Source: an uncultured archaeon
Lineage (GTDB): Archaea; Iainarchaeota; Iainarchaeia; Iainarchaeales; 1-14-0-10-31-34
Reading direction: 5' to 3'
Assembly (NCBI GenBank): GCA_964442255.1
Contig: CAYTYC010000002.1
Location: 730 to 64,729 of the forward strand
DNA length: 64,000 bases
The translations under genes and the position numbers were made by a program. This document shows positions 54,724 to 63,596 of this stretch, piece after piece (within the stretch, counting starts at the first letter, position 1; each line of letters begins with the position of its first letter). A model generated the notes under the pieces. It saw only the letters and a list, made by a program, of their open reading frames with translations, had not been told where the DNA came from and did no database searches.

Positions 54724-56398
54724 CCTTTTTCCCCGCATGCTTTCTCCACCCCTTTGTCCATTTGGATTCAAAAACCTTGTCAAATTCCTTACCGGAAACC
54801 AAATGCCCCTGCCCTTTTTCCTTATCCAAAAGCCCTATCCCTGTGTCTTTGCCTAATCCGTCTCGCCAGTCAATTGCCCTGCGGTGGTCAAACTCCTTCT
54901 CAAAAGAATAATATGTCAAGTGGTTTGGGATAAGACTTGGCTCCCGTGTTCCTGTAAACAGCCCCAACGGAAATAAAAGAACAAAAACCAAAACAAGGTT
55001 TCTTTTTTGCTTTGGAAGCCTTGCCAGGAACATGAATGCAAAAAGCCCCAAAAAAAGGACAAGATAGTTCAAGGTTCTTATTTCAAAGTTTGCAAAGCCT
55101 TCCTTAAGGAAGAATCCCGCAAAAAGCGTTAAAGCAAAAATACAAAGCAAAGGCGCAATAACAAAAAACACCCACCCAAGCCTTCTTAAATCATTTTTTC
55201 TGGTCATCTCAGCCAAAGTGAGGGAGCCGGCAGCCAAAAGAAAAAAGTCAGTTGAATGCAGAACCAAAAATACAGTCGGATTAAGGTATGAACGCGTTAT
55301 TTCATTTAAGTGCAACACTGATTGTATTGTTATGGCCGCAAGAATCAGCCCCAGCAAAGTTAATCGGATTCGATTTGGCTTGGTTTTTTTGGCAAGCGCC
55401 AGAACTGCGTTAAAAACACGCGATATCCTTTTATGGGCTAATTTCAGGCCGGCTAAAGCAAGGAAAGTCAGTCCTGTCAGCAGGAGTGCGGGAACAAAAA
55501 CAAGGTATGAAAAATTCAGGCCTGATTCAAGGACATGGAGCTTCAGCAGACCGGGGTAAGCAATCTCGTTGTATAGACCTCCAGCCCCCATTGCTTCCCT
55601 TACCACAAAGTGCAGGTCCCAGAGTATTCCCGCAAGGGAAAGGAAAAGCATTAGTGAAGCCATCCAGAGAAACAGAAGTGCGGCAAACCCTGCCCTGAGC
55701 TTAAGCGGGTTTTTCTTCAAAAAAACGTAAAACAAGGCGAATGTAAGGAATAAATAAGAGAGAAGGAGGGACCACAAGTGCATAAAGGCCAACGGCACCA
55801 GAACCAAAGCCGCAAGAAAAACAAAGGAAGCCTTTTTTTGCTTCAATGCTTTCACCAAAAGCAGCGCCAAAGCAAAGAACAGAACCATGCCTGCAGACTG
55901 CGGTTTGAGCTCAATAAGCGGCCAGATAAAAAAACCGGAAAACATTGTGCAGAGTACGCCCCCAAATGCAATCCTCTGGTTTGATGTGACTTCCCTTAAA
56001 AGCGCAAAAGCAATCAGGACGGTGAAGGCGCTGAAAAACAGGTCCAAAAAGGCAATAAGGAACCCGAGCTCAAATCCTGCAAAGCCATCCAACTGCAACT
56101 GCGTAAGCAAAGCCAGGAAACCGGGCCCAGAGCTGTGGGACTTAAATATGCTTCCCGCATTTTCAGAGACATCAAAGTTCTGCTTCAAAATGTTTTCATC
56201 AGTTGAATTGAAAATAAATTCATGGCTTAAACCAAACCTTGCGTAAACCGAAAAAAAAACTGAAAGCAGCACCAAGGCAAGGAGAAAAAATTTCAGTTTT
56301 TTTTCGAAAAACTTTTCATTGTTTCTTAAAACCAGAAGCAAAAGCAGGGCCACTGCGCCCCAAATAAGGAACAAAAAAATCGCTGAAAAAGCGTTCAT
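54701..56398 (-). CDS. Polytopic membrane protein. Possibly a Wzy-type polymerase/ligase or a GT-C-like enzyme; function unresolved.
   Basis: 565 aa and at least 12 TM, with a ~80-aa C-terminal soluble tail. No WWDYG (AglB/STT3) motif was found. It overlaps the upstream GT4 by 4 nt. Confidence 0.4.
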   Translation of the reverse strand: MNAFSAIFLFLIWGAVALLLLLVLRNNEKFFEKKLKFFLLALVLLSVFFSVYARFGLSHEFIFNSTDENILKQNFDVSENAGSIFKSHSSGPGFLALLTQLQLDGFAGFELGFLIAFLDLFFSAFTVLIAFALLREVTSNQRIAFGGVLCTMFSGFFIWPLIELKPQSAGMVLFFALALLLVKALKQKKASFVFLAALVLVPLAFMHLWSLLLSYLFLTFALFYVFLKKNPLKLRAGFAALLFLWMASLMLFLSLAGILWDLHFVVREAMGAGGLYNEIAYPGLLKLHVLESGLNFSYLVFVPALLLTGLTFLALAGLKLAHKRISRVFNAVLALAKKTKPNRIRLTLLGLILAAITIQSVLHLNEITRSYLNPTVFLVLHSTDFFLLAAGSLTLAEMTRKNDLRRLGWVFFVIAPLLCIFALTLFAGFFLKEGFANFEIRTLNYLVLFLGLFAFMFLARLPKQKRNLVLVFVLLFPLGLFTGTREPSLIPNHLTYYSFEKEFDHRRAIDWRDGLGKDTGIGLLDKEKGQGHLVSGKEFDKVFESKWTKGWRKHAGKKDADIDLF

Positions 56399-57537
56399 AA
56401 GCCTTTCACTGCATTTAAATAAACGTCTTCAATTTTTAAAGCAATTTTTTTCCAGCCAAACTCTTTTTCCGCTTTTTTCCTTCCGTTTTTTCCCATTCTT
56501 CTGCACATGCTTTTATTCCCCAAAAGTTTTTCCATTTTCTCCGCCAAATCAATTGAATCCCTTGGATTCACAAGCAGCCCGTTTATGCCTTTTTCAACCA
56601 AGTTCCTTACTCCCGGCAAGTCAGATGCAATAACCGCTTTCCCGCAGGCCATTGCCTCAGCCAAAACCAATCCAAATGCTTCGCCTTTGTCTGTTGACGG
56701 AAGCACTGCGAAATCCGCAAGCGCGTAAAACTCAGGCAAAACTTTTTCTTCAACTCTTCCCGTAAAAACAACCCGCTCTTTTATCCCTAATTCGGAAGCC
56801 TTTTTCCTGTAATATTTTTTGAGTTCGCCTTCCCCCACAACAAGCAGTAAAGCATTTTTTTCTTGTATTTTGCTGAATGCATCAAGCAAAACATTCACTC
56901 CCTTAAAGTAATGCGCCTTATCCAGTGCGCCCACAAACAAAACAACTCTCCTGTTCCTTAAACCAAGTTTTTTCTTTAGCCCGCTGCAGTCAATCTTTGG
57001 ATTGAATTTTTCCAATCCAACCCCGTTTGGGATTGCGGAAACATCCTCTTTTCTTTCTTTAAAAATTTCTTTAATGTTAGAGTTTTCTGCATAATCCATA
57101 GAGCTGACAATAATTTTTTTCGAGTTTCCCAGAACAGATTTAAGGAAAACCTTTTCATGGAATTTGAAGAACCGCTTTTTCCACCCCTTTCCCACCACAT
57201 CCATTTGATATGTTGAAACCATTGGAATTCCCCTTGCCTTGGAGGCAAGTGCCGCCAGTTCTCCCCCAAAGTGGTAAGGAAGATGCAAATGCACCAAATC
57301 AAATCCCTTCAATTTAACCAGTCCGGGAGTAAGAATTCCGTTCCCCAGCTTAAACCAGTAATTAAGCCTTTCAACCCCGATTTCCTTTGGATAAGGAAAA
57401 TTTCCTTTCGGGTAGTTTGAGGTGAAAACCTTTACTTTGTGCCCGAGCCTTGCGATTTCCAGTGCATTATGGAACGCGGTATTCCCCACCCCCCCAAAGT
57501 AGGGGGGAAAAGGGGATGCAACAACAGCCACCTTCAC
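56395..57537 (-). CDS. Family 4 (GT-B) glycosyltransferase.
   Basis: The N-terminus is MKVAVVASPFPPYFGGVGNTAFHNALEIARLGHKV. The C-terminus is GEAFGLVLAEAMACGKAVIAS. Confidence 0.85.
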   Translation of the reverse strand: MKVAVVASPFPPYFGGVGNTAFHNALEIARLGHKVKVFTSNYPKGNFPYPKEIGVERLNYWFKLGNGILTPGLVKLKGFDLVHLHLPYHFGGELAALASKARGIPMVSTYQMDVVGKGWKKRFFKFHEKVFLKSVLGNSKKIIVSSMDYAENSNIKEIFKERKEDVSAIPNGVGLEKFNPKIDCSGLKKKLGLRNRRVVLFVGALDKAHYFKGVNVLLDAFSKIQEKNALLLVVGEGELKKYYRKKASELGIKERVVFTGRVEEKVLPEFYALADFAVLPSTDKGEAFGLVLAEAMACGKAVIASDLPGVRNLVEKGINGLLVNPRDSIDLAEKMEKLLGNKSMCRRMGKNGRKKAEKEFGWKKIALKIEDVYLNAVKGL

Positions 57538-58253
57538 TTTCTCTGCCCCCTAAACCTTAACGCAAAACACTCCAAAAGAATTGAGCCATACTTTCCCCCG
57601 ATATCCAGGAGCTTCATTTTGGCTTCCCCTGCTTTCCTGTTTTTCCAGGTTGTGGGCACTTCAGCAATTTTTGCGTTCCTTAAAACCATTGGCTTCAAAA
57701 TCATTTCAGCGGTCAACTCAAAGCAGGTGCTCTTTAATCTTATTCCCTTGAAAACTTCTTTCCTGTAAGCCTTAAACGCGTTTGAAAAGTCTTTAATGTT
57801 TTTTCCGAAAACAAGTGCCAAAACATTGTTGTAAAGCCTGTTGCAAAAAAGCTTAATGAAAGGATACTCAACTGTTTTTCCTCCTTTTACAAACCTTGAA
57901 CCGATCACAATGTCGTACCCTTCACCGACTTTTTTAATCATTTTTGGGATTGTTTTAGGGTCATCGGAAAGGTCAGCCATAACAGGCAAAATGACATTCC
58001 CTTTAGCTTTTTTGAATCCGTCCCTTACAGCCAAGCCAAACCCGTTTGGTGGGGAGCGGTGAATAACCGAAATATTTGAATTCTTTCCTGCAAGCTTGTC
58101 CGCAATTTTTCCGGTCTCATCTGAACTGCAGTCGTCCACAATAATTATTTCACAGCCCAGTTTTCCGCATTCCCGGTAAACTGATTCCACGCATTTCTCC
58201 AGGTTTTTTTCCTCGTTGTGCGCCGGAATAACTATGCTTGCATTCATTTTCAT
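57534..58253 (-). CDS. Dpm1-like GT2, a polyprenyl/dolichyl-phosphate hexosyltransferase.
   Basis: It has MNASIVIPAHNEEKNLEKCVESV...IIIVDDCSSDET. The ~235-aa soluble GT-A is trimmed to the internal ATG (MKMNAS...). Confidence 0.8.
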   Translation of the reverse strand: MKMNASIVIPAHNEEKNLEKCVESVYRECGKLGCEIIIVDDCSSDETGKIADKLAGKNSNISVIHRSPPNGFGLAVRDGFKKAKGNVILPVMADLSDDPKTIPKMIKKVGEGYDIVIGSRFVKGGKTVEYPFIKLFCNRLYNNVLALVFGKNIKDFSNAFKAYRKEVFKGIRLKSTCFELTAEMILKPMVLRNAKIAEVPTTWKNRKAGEAKMKLLDIGGKYGSILLECFALRFRGQRK

Positions 58254-59458
58254 CACAAAACCGTTGTTACGAGATACAAACCCCATATGTCCAAAAGGAA
58301 CAAAAAAACAAAGAAAGAATATTCATTTAACTTCTTCAGAAAGCATGTTTTCAGCACGTCCCTTGTTCCTGCGACAAAAAGCATTGCAATCGGCGCAATA
58401 ACAGGAAAAAAGTGCCTGCCTTGCGGCGATAAATGCTTCAAACTATAGAATAATTCAATCGCGAAAAGAACCGCTACGCTTAAAGCACAAAGCATAACCG
58501 CTTTTCCCTGAATTTTTTCCAGAAAAACCTTCCCTTCCCTCAACCCAAAAAAAACCTTCATCAACCCTGCAAACGCAATAAAGGAAACCAGATAAAGAAA
58601 CGCATACACTGTCCCTGGAAACCTAACCTGATTTGTTATTCCAAACGCGCCCCAAAACGTCTCAAAAATGTTCATCACAAAAAAGTGCGCCTCCCAAAAC
58701 CCAAAAGACGCAATTGCAGGCGCAGCAATCGCGGCTCCAGTCAAGTCCCCGTAAACCGCGAGGTTCCGCGCAAACCACGGCGCGACAACTGCTGCAGCTA
58801 ACCCAACTGCAATCAGGGACTTTTTCAGGAAACCCTTTTTTGTTCCGTTAAAGTAAAACGCAAGCACCGCAACAGGCACCCCGATGAAGAGGGTGTACTT
58901 TGTGAGGATTCCTGCAGCCAAAAGCACGCCAACCAAAACCGCTGTCAATGTTCCTGGCTTTTCCTGCACAGCTTTCACTAAATAGTAAAGCAAAACTGAA
59001 AAAACAAGGTAAGAGAACGTGTCGTTTCCGATTACCGCGGTCATTGCAATGTGCGCCGGAAGCAATGCAACAAACAATGCCGAGCCAACAGCAAGCCATT
59101 CCTTTTCAGGAAAAACTTTTCCCGCAATCCTGTACACAAGGTAAATTCCAAGTACCCCCAGGAAAACAGACAAAAGCCTTAACGCGTAAATCGCCGGCAA
59201 TTCACCAAAGCCCGCAAAAAGGCTGAAAGGAATCAATGCAACCAAATAATATGCCGGGGGCTGCCAGTTCTGGTAGTCCTTGTGTCCGGAAACCATGCTG
59301 TGCTCCGCAACAGGAAAAGCCTTGTTTTCATTAAGGAAGAGGATGTAATTGTAGTGCGGCTCTTCATCAGGCGCCTCCCAGACAGGAATGCTGAAGCAAA
59401 AAATCAGCCGCAAAAGCAATGCCAGAACCAAAACAATTGCGATTTTGTTTTTATCCAC
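58253..59458 (-). CDS. GT-C-fold glycosyltransferase, ArnT/PMT_2-like.
   Basis: The N-terminus is MDKNKIAIVLVLALLLRLIF, and the loop-1 motif is EAPDEEPHYNYILFL (D31 about 59368). There are more than 10 TM. It lies directly upstream of a Dpm1-like GT2. Confidence 0.55.
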   Translation of the reverse strand: MDKNKIAIVLVLALLLRLIFCFSIPVWEAPDEEPHYNYILFLNENKAFPVAEHSMVSGHKDYQNWQPPAYYLVALIPFSLFAGFGELPAIYALRLLSVFLGVLGIYLVYRIAGKVFPEKEWLAVGSALFVALLPAHIAMTAVIGNDTFSYLVFSVLLYYLVKAVQEKPGTLTAVLVGVLLAAGILTKYTLFIGVPVAVLAFYFNGTKKGFLKKSLIAVGLAAAVVAPWFARNLAVYGDLTGAAIAAPAIASFGFWEAHFFVMNIFETFWGAFGITNQVRFPGTVYAFLYLVSFIAFAGLMKVFFGLREGKVFLEKIQGKAVMLCALSVAVLFAIELFYSLKHLSPQGRHFFPVIAPIAMLFVAGTRDVLKTCFLKKLNEYSFFVFLFLLDIWGLYLVTTVL

Positions 59459-59459
59459 T

Positions 59460-60377
59460 TCACTTCCCCCAAAACCATTTCTGCCCGCTCAGAACTCTGC
59501 AAACATTTTTGGGAAGAAATTTTCCGTTTTTCCCCGCAGTCAGCCCTGAAAACTTTACCGTGCCTGAAACAAGCGCGTAAGGAATTAGGTGTGAGAGGTT
59601 TTCTTTTTGCAGCCACCCCACTAATTCCCTGTAAAACCCTATTCCTGATTTAGTGAAACGGGCTGAATCAAAGTTTTCATGGATCTGCGAATAAGAGTAG
59701 CCGATGTCAAAGTGTCTCCTGAAATCCGATGCCAATCCATGGCTATGGGAATGAAGTACAGCTGCTTCCGGTTCGTAAACTATGTCAAAGCCTTTCCGCA
59801 TAACCCTGAAGGCCCATTCATAGTCCTCTGAGACAATTGTTTTCTCGGAGAAAGGCTCTTCCAGAAAAAGTTTTCTTTTAACCGCGGAATTCGCATTAGA
59901 AAAAACAATGTCCTCTTCACCCCGGTTTTTGGAGTTTCGGAAAATTTTTTTGTTTCCATATTTTTTTCCGTAAAAAAACTTTTCCATTGGCGAAGAGTTT
60001 TTCCTTGCAACCTGCCTTCCATAAGTGCCTGCAACATTTTTTTCTTTCAGCCCCTGCACAAGCTTCTTCAGCCATTCTATGGTTTCCGGAACAGCATCTT
60101 GTGTAAGGAAAACCAAATACTTTCCTTTTGCTTCCCTTGCCATCGCATTCCTGGTTTTTCCGTGCCCGAATTCTTTTGGGGAAATGGTCTTTAGCTTTAC
60201 AGGAAACTTTTCCGCTATTTCCCTTGTGCAGTCGGTTGAACCGGAATCCCACACCACAACATCAAAGGAAACCCCTTTCTGGGCAAACACCTGTTCAAGG
60301 ACTTTTTGAAGGCCTTTTCCTGCGTTTCTTGTGGGGATAAGGACAGAGGCATCTGTTGCTGGCATTAAAGAGAACAT
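59460..60377 (-). CDS. Family 2 glycosyltransferase.
   Basis: It has ASVLIPTRNAGKGLQKVLEQV...VVVWDSGSTDCT...FLTQDAV. Confidence 0.75.
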   Translation of the reverse strand: MFSLMPATDASVLIPTRNAGKGLQKVLEQVFAQKGVSFDVVVWDSGSTDCTREIAEKFPVKLKTISPKEFGHGKTRNAMAREAKGKYLVFLTQDAVPETIEWLKKLVQGLKEKNVAGTYGRQVARKNSSPMEKFFYGKKYGNKKIFRNSKNRGEEDIVFSNANSAVKRKLFLEEPFSEKTIVSEDYEWAFRVMRKGFDIVYEPEAAVLHSHSHGLASDFRRHFDIGYSYSQIHENFDSARFTKSGIGFYRELVGWLQKENLSHLIPYALVSGTVKFSGLTAGKNGKFLPKNVCRVLSGQKWFWGK

Positions 60378-60391
60378 GCTGGGAAAACAAT

Positions 60392-61933
60392 TTATTCCTT
60401 TACAGGCGCGGGCATAAGTTTTCTTGCCATTGAAATAAGCCTTTCCAGCCCTATTCCTGTGAGAAGGATTATTGTGTAAACAAGCATTGTCACAAGAATT
60501 GTGTAGGATACAAGAAAATGCGTTGAAATAACCGGGTTAAGGTAAATAAAGAAAAGCATGAAAACAAGAAGTATGACAAGGATTTTTGCCCTTTTGCTGA
60601 AAACACTGAAGTAAAAGCCAACCATTGCGATAATGAAGTGTGAAAGGCTCACATAGTAGAGGACATTCAAAAGGTTTCCTGCGGTTGGCTGGAAAGAGAA
60701 AAGGTTTGAAGCCAGGACAAGCATCACGACGCTTGCGCCAGCCCAAAAAAGCACAAGCCTCTTTGAGGCAATGCTTTTGAATTCGGTTGCAAGATAGAAA
60801 AGAAAAACAAAGAAAAGCACCGTGAAGAGTTCCCTGCTGAAGATGAACAGCGTAGCGTAAGGAATTAAGGTGAACACATACCTTTGTATATTCTCCCTTC
60901 CAAACGTCACAAGTATTCCATAAAGCGCGGCAATAAACAGCCCGAAGCCGATAAGCATGTTGAAAGGAAGCAGTGTTATGCTATTAAGGAAATTAAAAGA
61001 AAAAACCAGGGTAATTGAAGACAAAGTGCTTGCAAGGAAGTTTCCTTTTGTCATGTAAATCATCAGGCTGTAAGTTAAAACAAGGAGTGTGGAAGAAAAA
61101 AGAAAAGGCGCGAGTTCAAAACCCAAGAAACCAAAGGAATAGTTTGAGGTATAAAAGTTTTTGGTGAGCCCGAAACTAACCGCCAAATGCGTTACAAGGT
61201 TAACCGCAAGCAGGAAAGGAAGGAGCGCCATGTTGTACTTCACTACTCTCGGGTTGCGCAAAAACTTCAAGTCAAAAAGCCTTCTTGCAATTTTCACTCC
61301 GTCCCTGAATGCGTTAAGTTTGGGTTCATCCCCGCGAGTGCGGTAGGTAATCGGAATTTCGGTGAACAAAAAATCCCTGTGGGTGCATTCACTGAAAAGG
61401 TTTGCCTCAATGTCAAACCCTTCCGCAGTGAGTTCAACCCCTTTAATGACTTTTTTCCTGAAACCCCAATATCCAGTGCACAAATCAGTTATCTTTGAGC
61501 CGAACAAAAGGTTTGCAATAAAGGTAAGCCCCCTATTTCCCAGGAGGTTTGTTCCGCTCATCGCACCTTTTTGTATGGAGCCCTTAAGCCTTGACCCCAA
61601 AACCACGTCCGAGCCTTTTTCCAGTTCGCCCAAAATCGGGATAATGTACTCCCCGGGGTAGGTTTCATCAGCGTCAAGCATTATGGTGTAATCCGTTTGA
61701 ATATAATTGAATGCATCCCTTACTGCGTTTCCTTTCCCTTTCCTTGTCTGGATAACTGTTGCGCCTTTTTTTTTCGCGATTTCCTCTGTCCTGTCAGTGG
61801 AGGGGCCATTAACTACAAGCACCCCTGTTTTGAAGCCCATTTCCCTTAATTTCTTGAGCGGAATTTCCCCTATAACATTTCCAATATGTTTTTCCTCGTT
61901 CAAAGCCGGGATAAAAATAGTCAATGATTCCAT
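60392..61933 (-). CDS. AglD-like fusion: a Dpm1-type GT2 domain followed by a polytopic C-terminal membrane domain.
   Basis: The N-terminal ~230 aa is GT-A (LTIFIPALNEEKHIGNV...VLVVNGPSTDRT...MLDADE). Another ~280 aa carrying 8 or more TM helices follows. Confidence 0.7.
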   Translation of the reverse strand: MESLTIFIPALNEEKHIGNVIGEIPLKKLREMGFKTGVLVVNGPSTDRTEEIAKKKGATVIQTRKGKGNAVRDAFNYIQTDYTIMLDADETYPGEYIIPILGELEKGSDVVLGSRLKGSIQKGAMSGTNLLGNRGLTFIANLLFGSKITDLCTGYWGFRKKVIKGVELTAEGFDIEANLFSECTHRDFLFTEIPITYRTRGDEPKLNAFRDGVKIARRLFDLKFLRNPRVVKYNMALLPFLLAVNLVTHLAVSFGLTKNFYTSNYSFGFLGFELAPFLFSSTLLVLTYSLMIYMTKGNFLASTLSSITLVFSFNFLNSITLLPFNMLIGFGLFIAALYGILVTFGRENIQRYVFTLIPYATLFIFSRELFTVLFFVFLFYLATEFKSIASKRLVLFWAGASVVMLVLASNLFSFQPTAGNLLNVLYYVSLSHFIIAMVGFYFSVFSKRAKILVILLVFMLFFIYLNPVISTHFLVSYTILVTMLVYTIILLTGIGLERLISMARKLMPAPVKE

Positions 61934-62030
61934 CGAAAAAATATGCGCTAAACCCAATTTAAAGCTTTATGGGGCCCGGAAGGCAATCAAATAAATTTTA
62001 ATTCATTAAACACTATTATAAAGTGTTACA

Positions 62031-63596
62031 ATGAACAGGGACTTAATTGCAAAAGCGTTTTTATGGGCAGGGCTTATCGCTTTTTTCTTTCTGCTTAGCT
62101 GGTTTTTTACCTACTCAATCCACGACTTTTACCCTCTTCCATATCATTCGGATGAATGGGACCACATCGCAATTGCAAACGAAATCGCCAGAACAGATGG
62201 CCTGGTGAACTACAACCCTTATTGGAGGGAAGGATGGGACCCGCAGTGGGAGCAAAACTACCATGTGCTGATGGTTCTCCTGATGAATGCGACCGGCTGG
62301 GATGTCGCGGATTTGGGCGGGGTTTATGTTGCCCTTTTCATTCCCGTTTTAATGACTTTTCTGATGGTTTTTTTCACTTTCCTTCTTGTAAGGCATTTGA
62401 CTGGAAGCAACATCGCCGGACTGATAGCTTCCGTAACAGTTCTCTTGACCCGGCCAAACCCCACCCTCCTCGGTTACTGGTTTGCTGTTCCAATGGCTTT
62501 TGGATTGGCTTTCATTCCAATGGTTTTGTTTCTATTCGTAAAGGCTTTTTCCTCTAAGGGATACGCATACTTTGCCGCTCTTTCCTTGGTGTTTGCGAAC
62601 CTTACTTTGGTGCACCCGGCTTCCGCAATAATTTTCCTTCCGGCTTTTTTTGTTTACTTAATGATTCACCCAAAGCTTTTGGTCCAAAACAAATACAAAA
62701 TGGCTTTCGTTGTTTTGGAGCTTGCGGCCCTTGCCTTGCTTATGGTTACCTATTCAATCGCCGATTTTTCTTTTGGCACAAGGGCTGAATTCATTGAAAC
62801 AGTGTTTAGGACAATTACCTTCACTACCTCCCTTTACGAAGTGCAGGTCTTCTTTTTTCTTCCAAGGTTTTTAACCTGGGCTGGCTTTGCTTTGGGTTTG
62901 ATTGGAATGGGTTACATGTTGCTTCTAAGGAACCGTGAAGCAAAAATTCTTCCCCTGCTTGCCATAACCCTGGTGCCCTTGATTTACCTTTTCTTTACCC
63001 AGGAAAGAATTTTTTTGGCTGACTACCGGCGGGTTTTCATGTACGTTGCAACTGTTTTTGCGATTCTTTCGGGAATCGGAATTTACGCAATTGTTTCCGG
63101 ATTAAACCATTTGCTTAAGAAAAAAATTTCAAAACTCAGCATCCGAAACAAAATCGGATTGATTCGTTTTCCGCAGGCATTGATAGCGTTGGTTGTGGGC
63201 TTTCTGCTGTTAAACCAGCTTCTGCTGATTCCTTTCACCCATCTCCCCTATCTTTACCGTGTTATAGAGGAAGATGATGTTCCCGCGATTTTGTGGCTCA
63301 AGCACAACTCCAATATTGATGAAGTTGTTTTGGCTTTGCCCGGCCATTCCCGTGCGATACACGGGATAGCCGGAAACAAGGTTTTGTATGTTAATATGGC
63401 CCGCCTCCGCGGTCCACGGGGGGAGGAAGAGGCATTTGAATTCTTGAGCGTTGGATGCGAGCAAAGGGCCAAAATGCTTTACGGGCGCCCCAACTTTGTT
63501 TACAGCGCAGAACCTTTGGGGTGTGATTTTTTAAAGGAAGTTTATTCAATTAATGACAGGCACGTTTACCGGGTGGATTACAGTGAAATCACTTAA
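62031..63596 (+). CDS. GT-C-fold glycosyltransferase, ArnT/PMT_2-like.
   Basis: The N-terminal TM is followed by a loop-1 motif YHSDEWDHIAIANEIARTDG (D41 about 62151). There are more than 11 TM and a C-terminal soluble domain. Confidence 0.55.
   Translation: MNRDLIAKAFLWAGLIAFFFLLSWFFTYSIHDFYPLPYHSDEWDHIAIANEIARTDGLVNYNPYWREGWDPQWEQNYHVLMVLLMNATGWDVADLGGVYVALFIPVLMTFLMVFFTFLLVRHLTGSNIAGLIASVTVLLTRPNPTLLGYWFAVPMAFGLAFIPMVLFLFVKAFSSKGYAYFAALSLVFANLTLVHPASAIIFLPAFFVYLMIHPKLLVQNKYKMAFVVLELAALALLMVTYSIADFSFGTRAEFIETVFRTITFTTSLYEVQVFFFLPRFLTWAGFALGLIGMGYMLLLRNREAKILPLLAITLVPLIYLFFTQERIFLADYRRVFMYVATVFAILSGIGIYAIVSGLNHLLKKKISKLSIRNKIGLIRFPQALIALVVGFLLLNQLLLIPFTHLPYLYRVIEEDDVPAILWLKHNSNIDEVVLALPGHSRAIHGIAGNKVLYVNMARLRGPRGEEEAFEFLSVGCEQRAKMLYGRPNFVYSAEPLGCDFLKEVYSINDRHVYRVDYSEIT

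Noticed and set aside
54701-56398. Calling the 565-aa polytopic protein the AglB/STT3 oligosaccharyltransferase.
   Set aside because: No WWDYG or DK/MI motifs are present, and the C-terminal soluble domain is too small. The protein is left as an unresolved membrane protein, possibly Wzy-like.
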